A stretch of DNA of 64,000 nucleotides from Cyanidioschyzon merolae (taxonomy: Eukaryota): the NCBI GenBank assembly GCA_000091205.1, contig AP006483.2; one strand, written 5' to 3'. This document shows positions 20,601 to 28,554 of this stretch, piece by piece. The position numbers and the translations under genes are program-made. Position 1 is the stretch's first letter, and the number at the start of each line of letters is the position of its first letter. Under the pieces are notes generated by a model. It saw only the letters and a list, made by a program, of their open reading frames with translations, was not told the DNA's origin and made no database searches.

Positions 20601-22170
20601 GGATCAATTTTCACAATACTATACCTATGTCAATCAAGTTGTACAGCGTGCCAGCGCTGTTCATGAGCAGCTATTCTCCGTGGGTCCGCATGGCTACGCC
20701 AGCATCACTGCGGTCCCTGGTCGAATGCTGTTGCTGCGTCGTACCGATGGTGGCATTGCTTTGGGGATCGTTGTCGGTGCAGCAGCGGAGAAGCGGTATC
20801 GGGCATCCGCGCAACATCTACTGGAGGAAATCCGGCGATTGGTGGTGCCAGTTCTGGTACTCCTGGGTGGCCCGGCGCTTCGCGACACCGTGTTTGCGCT
20901 ATCCGAGGAGCCGTCTGCCCAGGTCGGAAATGCCGCTAACGACGCGGGTGCACGCTCGACGAGCGTGTTCACCGAGCCTGTGCGGCTTGCATATCAGCAG
21001 CGGTTGCACGGTCTGGAGTTTTGCATCGGAGATGCGGTCCCGAGCGAGATTCTCACAGTCTATCATCAGGTGCTGTCCATTCCGAACGAGAAAAATCTTG
21101 AGCGTTCGCTCTTCCCGCTGCGCGGTCGTCCAAACTTGGAGCTCGTGGCCACGCTGCTCGAGTCTTTGCGTTCCGTAGCGGAACGGTTCGGCGCAGCTGA
21201 TGCAACATCGGAGTTTTTGGTGGGTATGCATCCACGGGAGCATTGCGGTATTCCAGATTTGGAGCTCGAAGCAAAATGGATTGAAAAAGAGCGTCTCCTT
21301 CGTGACCATATTCTGAACTCTGCGTGCTTGTGGGACGCCTATAATCGCAGCGTTCTTGCTACCGCGTTTGAACTTGCGGAACGGCGCCACCGTCTTGAGC
21401 AGAAGCTCGAGTATCTGCAGTATGCGAGCAGCTATCGCTCTCTGCAACTCCTACCGGACTATATGCAGCGTTTGGCCGTTCTCGAGCGACTTGGATACAT
21501 AGAGCGCAGCGGTTCTGGAAACAACTTGGACTACGACCCGGTGACGTTCTCGGATGCCGAGCGGCCGCCGTCCAACGGGCTCATGGTGACGCTCAAAGGG
21601 CGAGCCGCCTGCGATGTGGGCACCTGTGATTCTTTGCTTTTGGTGGAATCCATGTTTGAGGGGATCTTCAGTGACCTTGAACCCTGCAGTATTGCAGCAC
21701 TAGCCTCCTGTCTGGTATTCCAGGAGAAACTAGATCCCAGCGAGTACATCTTGCCAGATCAGGCCGCCCGTTCCGAGTTAGATGGCCTGCAGCTGGATGC
21801 AACGGCGATGGAGACGCTGGCTGCCTCCCTGAACAAACTCAAGCGCGTTGCGTTAGCTCTCGGAACCGTCCAAGCAGAGTGCGGTCTTCCGGTGTCACCC
21901 AGCGAGTATCAGAGCATGACGGTGAACCCGGGTCTCTTGATTCCCGCGCTGCTTTGGGCTCAGGGCGCTCCATTTAAAGATATTTGCGTATGGACGCCGG
22001 TGCAAGAGGGAAGCATTGTTCGCACGATTGTGCGCTTGAGTGAGCTCCTTCGAGAGACCGCCGATGTTGCTCGCGTTATTGGTGACAGTCGGCTTCTGTC
22101 CAAGGTTGACACCGCCTCGCGCTCGATCAAGCGAGACATCATTTTCGCTGCCTCGTTGTACGTTGCGTGA
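17698..22170 (+). CDS. SKI2: SKI2-like DExH RNA helicase, the cytoplasmic exosome cofactor type (1490 aa).
   Basis: The ATG at 17698 was verified. Helicase motifs are present: AHTSAGKT (motif I), TSPIKTLSNQK, DEVH (motif II), SAT (motif III), and HHAGLLP/QMSGRAGRRG in the second RecA domain. The Ski2-family signature LSYNMILNL is present. The C-terminal DSHCT reads EGSIVRTIVRL...KRDIIFAASLYVA, which is closest to Ski2 (EGTVVR...KRDIVFAASLYL). A long N-terminal extension and inserts make it larger than typical SKI2. Confidence 0.9.
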   Translation: MNADQVAALARAVAETTWQGTLQYIVASTALRQEPLSKPQLQWTSSLRRALHLAKTANYGAPTSNQESAVLKAPAEAATVVQSDAAVAGQTTVLAAFTGAAWYLQGAPAPKISLEWNDEVSADDLLDPWGLVLPMCCWTLPEQSTSIAATALAFETNTHPGISSQSIEPAWNTADTLDMFPAVWDPQYYVRGRGDGIRRFARPKQLQPPEQMRPVVSLSGQVDDQLPSRPDASDERNDSDWWNVCVERIQKWNPPLWMPATQPPSQLNWVPRRQTKQNLLDRIHLDEAYLQSLEQRRARESISNPNGGSALAYIAGDADELGGLAFTGRVMERSRQPGFSWAQAFEPEQGDEILFGIRLEQLEEEPEESTAARTPRIATARTLETATDPPRAVPSLPALDRLDARLASVERSLEELLRPEQQQSDLGIGASTNMPNVSAVAAAGGGGKPARRSVYALVDESDPVDFAQRVPKPALEFPFELDRFQKQAILHIERGESVFVAAHTSAGKTVVAEYAIALARAHATKAIYTSPIKTLSNQKFRDFSDRFGSESIGLITGDVCIQPTAPCLIMTTEILRSMLYRGADLIRDVEWVIFDEVHYVNDEERGVVWEEVIILLPEHVNIIMLSATVPNAQEFADWVGRCKQRPVYVITTSHRPVPLQHYIYAKNDLILVKNARGDFLSQGYKAAQDVERELVAKRGAKAHLAPAGILGRPAWGTLVQFLRKRELLPAVVFCFSRKRCEEAADSLGTLNLHQQNPGEAHRIHVVVESALSRLQAADRRVPQIQRVRDLLHRGIGIHHAGLLPIVKEMTEILFQRGLVRVLFATETFAMGVNMPARTVVFSGIRKHDGRQYRLLSPGEYTQMSGRAGRRGLDAYGIVILFFSVGELPTELDLKRTMTGVPPRLSSQFRLSYNMILNLIRTERVQVEEVIRRSFTEAESFGAERRIQRLLVHGRANLARIDSELATFGDQFSQYYTYVNQVVQRASAVHEQLFSVGPHGYASITAVPGRMLLLRRTDGGIALGIVVGAAAEKRYRASAQHLLEEIRRLVVPVLVLLGGPALRDTVFALSEEPSAQVGNAANDAGARSTSVFTEPVRLAYQQRLHGLEFCIGDAVPSEILTVYHQVLSIPNEKNLERSLFPLRGRPNLELVATLLESLRSVAERFGAADATSEFLVGMHPREHCGIPDLELEAKWIEKERLLRDHILNSACLWDAYNRSVLATAFELAERRHRLEQKLEYLQYASSYRSLQLLPDYMQRLAVLERLGYIERSGSGNNLDYDPVTFSDAERPPSNGLMVTLKGRAACDVGTCDSLLLVESMFEGIFSDLEPCSIAALASCLVFQEKLDPSEYILPDQAARSELDGLQLDATAMETLAASLNKLKRVALALGTVQAECGLPVSPSEYQSMTVNPGLLIPALLWAQGAPFKDICVWTPVQEGSIVRTIVRLSELLRETADVARVIGDSRLLSKVDTASRSIKRDIIFAASLYVA

Positions 22171-22498
22171 GAAGCAGGCGTTCTCAAGATGCTGCGAACA
22201 CGGCGAGTATTTGTGTGTATTTATGATGCACCCTTAGTTCGTCTGGTCGAGGCTTGGATGCAAGCACCCAGCTTGTGCCATCTTGGGAAGGGTGTCATGC
22301 TATTTGGCCGAGCATCTATGGATCTAGTTCCTTGATCGGAAACAGCTGCGTCTATGAGGTTGCACCTTATGCATTGTAGCTGCCGATGACTTGCGGTACG
22401 AATGTGCATCTTGTTGTGCTGGCGAGCAAGGCCCTTGTTGGTGCCTCGAATCGATCGCTAATCGGCAGTCAATGGGGAAAGCTTCCAAGTAAGCCGGT

Positions 22499-23701
22499 TT
22501 GTCGGAGCATGGATCGATATTTTCTGCCGCGCGTGCACGCCCCGCTTTGATCCCTCGTAGCGGATTCGGATTGGAGTGCTCTGCGAAGCGCACAAGAAGC
22601 GCACTCCTTGAGCTGTCATGTTCCTCTGCGCAATTCCCACCGAGAGGCATGCCTGCGTCTTGGCTTCCCTGGATTCGAATCCAGGAGTGCAAAATCGAGT
22701 TTCTGAGGCAACCAGGCAGGCAGGCAGGCAGGCAGGCAGACCGATGGACAGACGAGATTGGCTCGTCAAATGCGTCTATAATGCGAGACCACATATTCAA
22801 GCATCGTTTAACGCGCGCTTTATATGCGTTCTCGTCCTGCCGAAGCGCTTCTGCGCGACCGATGTCCCAGCATCGGCGAGGCCGTGCTTGGTTTATGGGA
22901 TCCTTGCATTGTGCTTCGAACGCGAATCTAATAGCGAACGGTTCCATTGCAAATCCATACAAAACAGGCGATTTCTGGGAAACGAAAGGCTGTTCCGTTG
23001 GCAGGACATGCAAGGCAGCAAGCTTTGTACACAGCAGAACCCGAGGTATCCGTGAATTCGAAACGTTCTATGGACTCTGGGGGCGTACCGGTTATGGAAT
23101 AGCCATCTGTGCGATGTGTCGATGCCGTTTGGATCCCAGGCTTTTACATACATCTCCACGCAGGTGGAGGAGGATCGCGAAGCATACACCCAGAGTTGTG
23201 TTTGCGAAGCGACCCATAAACGGTCCAATCGTGTGCTATCGTCTTCCTGTTTCGAACGCAGCAAATGCACCGCTGAGCGAAACTGCGCATCGAGCGTGTG
23301 GCTGGGTAAGCTTTCGGGCTAGTCCAGATATGGTCAGTGTATCGACGCCGTCAGCTGCCTTGCCATTGGCACGCGAACGAGCCGGCGACATTTTTTCCAT
23401 GGCAGTAATGCCGCTGCTTTTGTGGATGTGCTCTTACAAAGCGATGCAGATAAGCGCCGAGCGTGCATGGCTCTGTTTCCGTTGTGCAGTTTTCGCTAGA
23501 AACTTGACAGCCAATGATACGAGCGGCACTACTCGAGCGTCACCGCGCTTCTTTTCCATAGACTTCGTAAGAGCCTGGGCGTGCTTCGATTCCGTTGTGT
23601 TGCTGCGATATTCGAGAATCGTTTGGCGGACCGAGGCCAATTGCAGTCGAGGACATGCAGTAGTGCCCGCCGACATGTCGCTTCTGCACTGCTCTCGATG
23701 A
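22499..23701 (+). CDS. Unassigned 400-codon ORF with no recognisable domain. Its coding status is uncertain.
   Basis: A 400-codon open frame is unlikely to occur by chance at ~56% GC. However, the translation is Cys/Trp/Arg-rich and not protein-like. The opposite strand also carries a 229-codon ORF. A (CAGG)6 microsatellite lies at 22714-22738. Confidence 0.2.
   Translation: MSEHGSIFSAARARPALIPRSGFGLECSAKRTRSALLELSCSSAQFPPRGMPASWLPWIRIQECKIEFLRQPGRQAGRQADRWTDEIGSSNASIMRDHIFKHRLTRALYAFSSCRSASARPMSQHRRGRAWFMGSLHCASNANLIANGSIANPYKTGDFWETKGCSVGRTCKAASFVHSRTRGIREFETFYGLWGRTGYGIAICAMCRCRLDPRLLHTSPRRWRRIAKHTPRVVFAKRPINGPIVCYRLPVSNAANAPLSETAHRACGWVSFRASPDMVSVSTPSAALPLARERAGDIFSMAVMPLLLWMCSYKAMQISAERAWLCFRCAVFARNLTANDTSGTTRASPRFFSIDFVRAWACFDSVVLLRYSRIVWRTEANCSRGHAVVPADMSLLHCSR
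22714..22738. repeat. (CAGG)6 microsatellite.
   Basis: caggcaggcaggcaggcaggcag is read directly. Confidence 0.9.
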
Positions 23702-24004
23702 GCGCTTCCAAGAGCGACTACAGCAGCGCGATATGCGAATCGCAGTGAACGCTTCCCCGCAGGAGCTCAGTTGCAACTGGATGCATTCGACATACATAAA
23801 ATATTGGTGAGAGGTACAATCTCAGTAAGATTTGCCCCATTCACTGTTACAAGCGCTGCCGCTGACGCACCGCTGCCAGCTCCACAGCGATTCAGGGTGC
23901 AGTTCGCTAGGACGGCACATGGACAAAACTCGGACACCCCACCGACAGCTATCACCACAGCGAATGGGTTGTTTGGATTTGACGAGACCGCGGCGGCAAC
24001 ACGC

Positions 24005-24385
24005 ATGCATGTCTGTTGCAGCAGTGCACCTACCGTCGAACAGTTGAAGGAGCTTGTTACAGAGGGCGACCCTGATGGTACGCCTGACGGCAACGCAGAA
24101 GCCGCTGCTAACGATGTCGTTGAAGGCGAACCTGAAGGTATCCCTGAAAAGGATGCTGACAATGTTCTCGAAGGTAACACTGATGGTATTCCTGACGGCA
24201 CTCGTGTCAGGGACGCTGACGGTATCCCTGGTACCATCGCTGCGAACGGAGAACTCGAAGGGGAAGCAGAAACTTGCGTTTCCAAAACACCTATATGTAG
24301 TAACTCATCTGCTTCGTCCATAGTCGCGTCGACGGCAAAGTTTCGCGGACACGCTCGCCACAAAAGCAGCCAGCATAACAGGTAA
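24005..24385 (+). CDS. Candidate acidic tandem-repeat protein ORF. It may be an exon of a larger gene.
   Basis: There are about 3.5 imperfect tandem units of 48-60 nt at 24062-24230. They encode (E/D)G(D/E/N)(P/T)(D/E)G(T/I)PD(G/K). Units differ largely at third codon positions in the + frame (gag/gaa, ggc/ggt, atc/att, gac/gaa), which is consistent with purifying selection in that frame. The first in-frame ATG is at 24005. The opposite strand is also open (the Ser/Pro-rich 252-aa ORF 23767..24525), so strand assignment is not certain. Confidence 0.3.
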   Translation: MHVCCSSAPTVEQLKELVTEGDPDGTPDGNAEAAANDVVEGEPEGIPEKDADNVLEGNTDGIPDGTRVRDADGIPGTIAANGELEGEAETCVSKTPICSNSSASSIVASTAKFRGHARHKSSQHNR

Positions 24386-25867
24386 AGAAGCAGCGAGCGG
24401 ACACGCACCGATAGAAACCCACGAGTCTGCGAACCAGAAACGCGCCACCATCTGGAATAGAAAAGCCTGGACAATGACATATCCTTTTTACACTGACCAC
24501 AGGAAAGCCAGTCAGCAGAAAGCACACACTATCCGAGCACCAGTGCACCAGCTTCGCAGACGCGGTTCAAGAGAAAACAGCAATTTGAAATTTAGACGCG
24601 CCAGCAGCGGCATGCGAGCATCCCTACAGAATGGTGTCTGGCGATAACGATGAGGTCGCAGATTCTCTACTGCTCCATGGGACAGCACACGGTGTGTCGT
24701 ATGTTGACCACGATGCTGCCGAGCTCTGTTGCTCAAAGACGAAAACCTTGTGACTTGGTTCCCCTGGGAAAAGCGGCAATGACGAGGCTTAATTTTGGCG
24801 AGCGCTTCTCAGCTATGGATTGCTGACGGTTGCATGCACGACTCCAATACATACCATCACAGAGCACGAACTGAGGCAGTCAAGCACGCGCTTCGAAGTC
24901 CAGCACAAATTGTCTCCGATTCTCTTAGAGGACACCAGAGCATGGGCAGTGACGTTTATGCGCAGTCGACGCAGCAGGCGCGCATGGCGATACCGTGTAC
25001 CATCTGCGCTTTACGTCGATGCTGTTCAGAGACATGGCGACTTGGGTCGTTGCTGCACGGCGACAACCGTAGAGGCACTTTCAGGGGTATAGCAGAAGTC
25101 CACAGCAGCTGTAGCTTTCCAAGTTTTCGCTGTATCTAGTTGGTGTTCGTTTGGGAAACACTGGTATAGAGAGTGAAGCAATGCTCTGCCCGGACAGTCA
25201 TGATGCTCGCCTGACTGATGGCCAGCGCTTCGCCTTCGCGTATCCACGGGGCGATGTCAGTCGGATCCGCCTATCTGACGCCACGAATAACAGCAACCTG
25301 TCCGAGCTGCGTTCGTATCGCGTTCAGCACGTGCAACGAACGATAGGTAGAACACCCGTACATGAATTTCGAGACACGCCCAGCGGTTACTAATGCGACA
25401 GTGCTGACCCTATGGAGCGGATGCACGACAGAGGCAACAGTGCCGGAACGTGTTACAGCACGAAGCGTCCGCGGCGATCTAGAGACCTATGCATGACAAC
25501 AAAGCGACGAACGAAAGGCATGTATCATCCGGCTCGCGGTGCCTCTGCCGATATCGCGATCTCACATAGTTGCTGCTCTAGACGCATCTTGCTCGCAATA
25601 ACCGGCGTGATGGAATAAGCGCTGGCATCGAATTTCGTTGGACATTGACAGTACAGCCCAATGCTTGATGCAACAGGCGATCAAGCGTCAAAGAGAAGAA
25701 TTGGATACCAGATTTTTTTGGTTTTACAAAACGTTCACATCGACCGCGGATTCCATATCGCGAGATGGGTATTGGCTTTAGGAAGCATCCGTCAAACTGG
25801 ACCCTACCTTCAAGTTCCACCATCGGTACTTTTTCTCTGATAGACTAGTCGTTTCGTACGTTTTATC

Positions 25868-26010
25868 GTGTGCCGGGTGCCCCTCTTGCTGCACACGCAA
25901 TCGCGTCGAAACCGCTGGAGCAGATGCAGCGCGGAGACAGAGCGGCGTTGCCATGCCACTGAGGGCGTCGGCTCGAGGCGTTGTTCACCCGGTGTCGAGT
26001 CTGATCTCAT
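25868..26010. repeat. Repeat family R3, copy 1. About 80% identical to 61826-61950.
   Basis: GCAGATGCAGCGCGGAGACAGAGCGGCGTTGCCATGCCACTGAGGGCGTCGGCTCGAGGCG aligns with GCGGATGCAGCATGGAGACAGTACGGCTCTGCTATACCACTGAGGGCGTCCGCTCGACGCACG. It lies directly 3' of the RT-like remnant (minus orientation). Confidence 0.5.
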
Positions 26011-26023
26011 CGTTGATATGTAC

Positions 26024-27100
26024 TCAGCCAGTCTGCGTATGCAGACTTGCCTTTACTGCACGGCACATTGGAGATGCATGGCAGTCAGGATGAATCCTGG
26101 GGGCCGCCCTTCTCCTTCGCTCTCGTGCATGGAACGCGTTGTCGGTTCGCGACGCGGCATTAGCTTGGCATCCGCCAGTGCGCAGGTCTACAAAGCGCTC
26201 GTCTCGTGTGCTCATCTGGTTCACGACACTGAAATCCAGCCTATTCTGGGACGAGGAAGTTGCGCTACTCGAGGTCCTCTGGATCTGATTCGTGAGCGTT
26301 GCGCAAATTAGCCTCATTGTTGATGAGATTAGTGTGACACCGCTGTAGTTGTTCGAGTCTGTTGGAGGATCCATTTTGAGAATGGGTACCACCTCAGCAA
26401 TCTCCCGTACATCTGGGATGTACGTTTCTTCAAACATGCGTTTGATGAGCTCCAGCAAGCGTTTGCCTAGGATTGTGTCACATTCATCATGTATCGATGG
26501 GTCCCTGGCGTCTCATCTTCTGGTAGCACCAATTTGTGCCACTCCGTAAGGATACCGTCAGTGCCTGATGCTTTGCGGTTTCTTATGTTTAGCAGGGTCT
26601 CATCTAGTTCAGGCCAAAAGATTGTGTCGTCCTTTTCCGGTAGCGGGTCAAGTTGTCATAGTTTGGGTCTTGACAGTTTCCAGATTCGTCCGCACGCAGC
26701 TCTGTATAATGGTCTGTCCAGGCTCCATTCACTGAGGCACTTTCTGTCTCCAACTTTCCTTTCTAGTGGATTGGTTGGATCCCCACGGACTGTACTGGTT
26801 GGCCAAGCCTCGTACGGATGTAGAGCCAACTCTCATCTTCGTTGGTGCTCTCGTGGAGAGATTTGCCCAGAGAGGCGCTTTTGCGGCTTCTATCCGTTCG
26901 CATGTCTTCTCTGGTAAGTTTTTTTTCTTTTGATAGCTTCCTCGCGTTGCCCCTGTAGCGCCGGCAGGACTGCACTTACTTTCTTGCCTCCAGCTGTGGG
27001 TCAAATGGCGGTGTGGACGACGACCTTTTCGAGTTGGTAGCATTCACCAATCCGTCCTTTGGTACGTCATTTTAGGTACCGTGGTTTGCTACTGTTGCGT
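26024..27100 (-). mobile_element. Degraded non-LTR (LINE-like) retrotransposon remnant. It comprises an RT N-terminal motif fragment and a lower-GC flank. The total extent is uncertain and may reach ~27700.
   Basis: The minus-strand ORF 26024..26458 reads ...YIPDVREIAEVVPILKMDPPTDSNNYSGVTLISSTMRLICATLTNQI. This resembles RT motif 0/1 of LINEs (IPxxW..a.VtPIfKKG...NYRPISLls...Kile.il..Ri) but is degenerate and interrupted by stops. The surrounding 26300-28200 is visibly lower in GC than the flanking genes. No intact ORF2 or endonuclease domain is present. Confidence 0.35.
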
Positions 27101-28280
27101 TCTGATGCAAGGAGTCCCAGTTCTCTGGCAATCAACTGATTCTCATCCACAAACTCGCGTCTCAAATTGATTGAGGGTTTGCTTGCACGTCTTTTAGGAT
27201 CTATAGCGCTGTGAGCAGGGGTCTGGGTTTGATGGCAGTTTTCTGAGATCCTGCTGGGGTGCTATCGCCGGGGATCACTTGTGATGTGCTCGCGAGAGCC
27301 CCAGCCTATGGGCTCGTTTGGGAGTTCTTCTTTCAGTTCTTCTGTTTTTTTATTGGACTGCTTCTTCGGGCCCTTCCCTAGGCGGCTATCTCTCGTTACT
27401 GTTCTATTACGTGGATCATGAGGCCACTGTGTCTCTTCTTCCGTATCTCGTTCGGTATCTTTCTCTCCTGTAGAGTCCTCTACTTGCATCAGTTCTTCGT
27501 TACTGTACTGGTAGATCGATATCTCGTAGTTCAATTTCGAGGTTATCCCGCTAATATTCCATGATGCGAAACCTATCGAGTTGTAGCGCAAAAGGGGATA
27601 GGAATAGCGTTGGATACTCCAGAGATACGTCGTCGATTTAGTCGCATCCTCCAGAGGGTGTGTGAGCGCCCATGCCACCAGTGCCTCCTGGATTCCAGTC
27701 GTTCATTGAGAGCTTGGCTCAGCGCTAGCGTAGAATCATAAGTACATTAGTCAAGGTCAATTCGAATGCGACTGTCACCTTGCCAGGCGCGTAGAGCCAG
27801 CCTCAACCTCTGGGAATAGTCCAAGAAGCAATCTTTCAAGGCCTTTGTATCCACGCCCGAAACAAATAGGCGGGCAAGTCGCTTATTGCAACTTCGACCG
27901 CGACCATACTGCCAGCCGTCTTCTAAAGTATCCGCCGAGATTTTTTCCAAAGTTGACGTAGACACCGAGGTAGGAGGTATAACTGAGCCCGAGTTCGAGG
28001 TCGGTTTCAGGACTCGCGCCAAAGCCTTCGGAAACGTTTCGGGACAGGTGGATGACTGCTCAGGTATCTCGTCATCGGATGCTGCTACTGCCTCCGCCCC
28101 TTTGATCGTTGCAGTCAGGGGCCCTTACGTGGACTTCTTTCTCCAGTCGCTCGAATCTCACCGCTCTCTTCCGTTATCAGAATTTCTCCGGAAAACTGGA
28201 CATGTCCGTCCGGCGTAGTTTTTAGTGATTTAGATGTTGTTTTTTAATAAATTGAGTGTGTCTGGTTTGTATCTATTTTT

Positions 28281-28300
28281 GGCGGGCGGGGGGAGGGGGG
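28281..28300 (+). promoter_or_regulatory. G-rich tract (potential G-quadruplex), 255 bp upstream of the HSP90C ATG.
   Basis: ggcgggcggggggagggggg gives four or more G-runs of 3 or more with short loops. Confidence 0.2.
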
Positions 28301-28554
28301 CTACCCGTTTTTACATCGTCTACAGGCAGCTGCAGGATATCCGTGATCCTTTCCCTTGATTTCATACAAATATGAATATTTCTGAACATCGGGTGGCGTT
28401 TCTCGAATCCTCGCGGCGACGCCGCCGGTACTCGTACACCGCGTGCTTGACCAGCAGTACTCGGTCGAATTGTGTGGGAAGTCACGAAGCCAACATAAAC
28501 GCGTCTTGGTGAGATCTAACCTTTCGAACCCTTCTCTCGATATACTGAAGAAAG

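Noticed and set aside
22664-22682. A perfect hairpin cctgg-attcgaat-ccagg that resembles a tRNA T-arm (TTCGAAT loop).
   Set aside because: No acceptor-stem complement, D-arm or anticodon arm could be built on either strand within 75 nt. The loop is 8 nt and the flanks do not pair. It is more likely a chance palindrome around a TTCGAA site.
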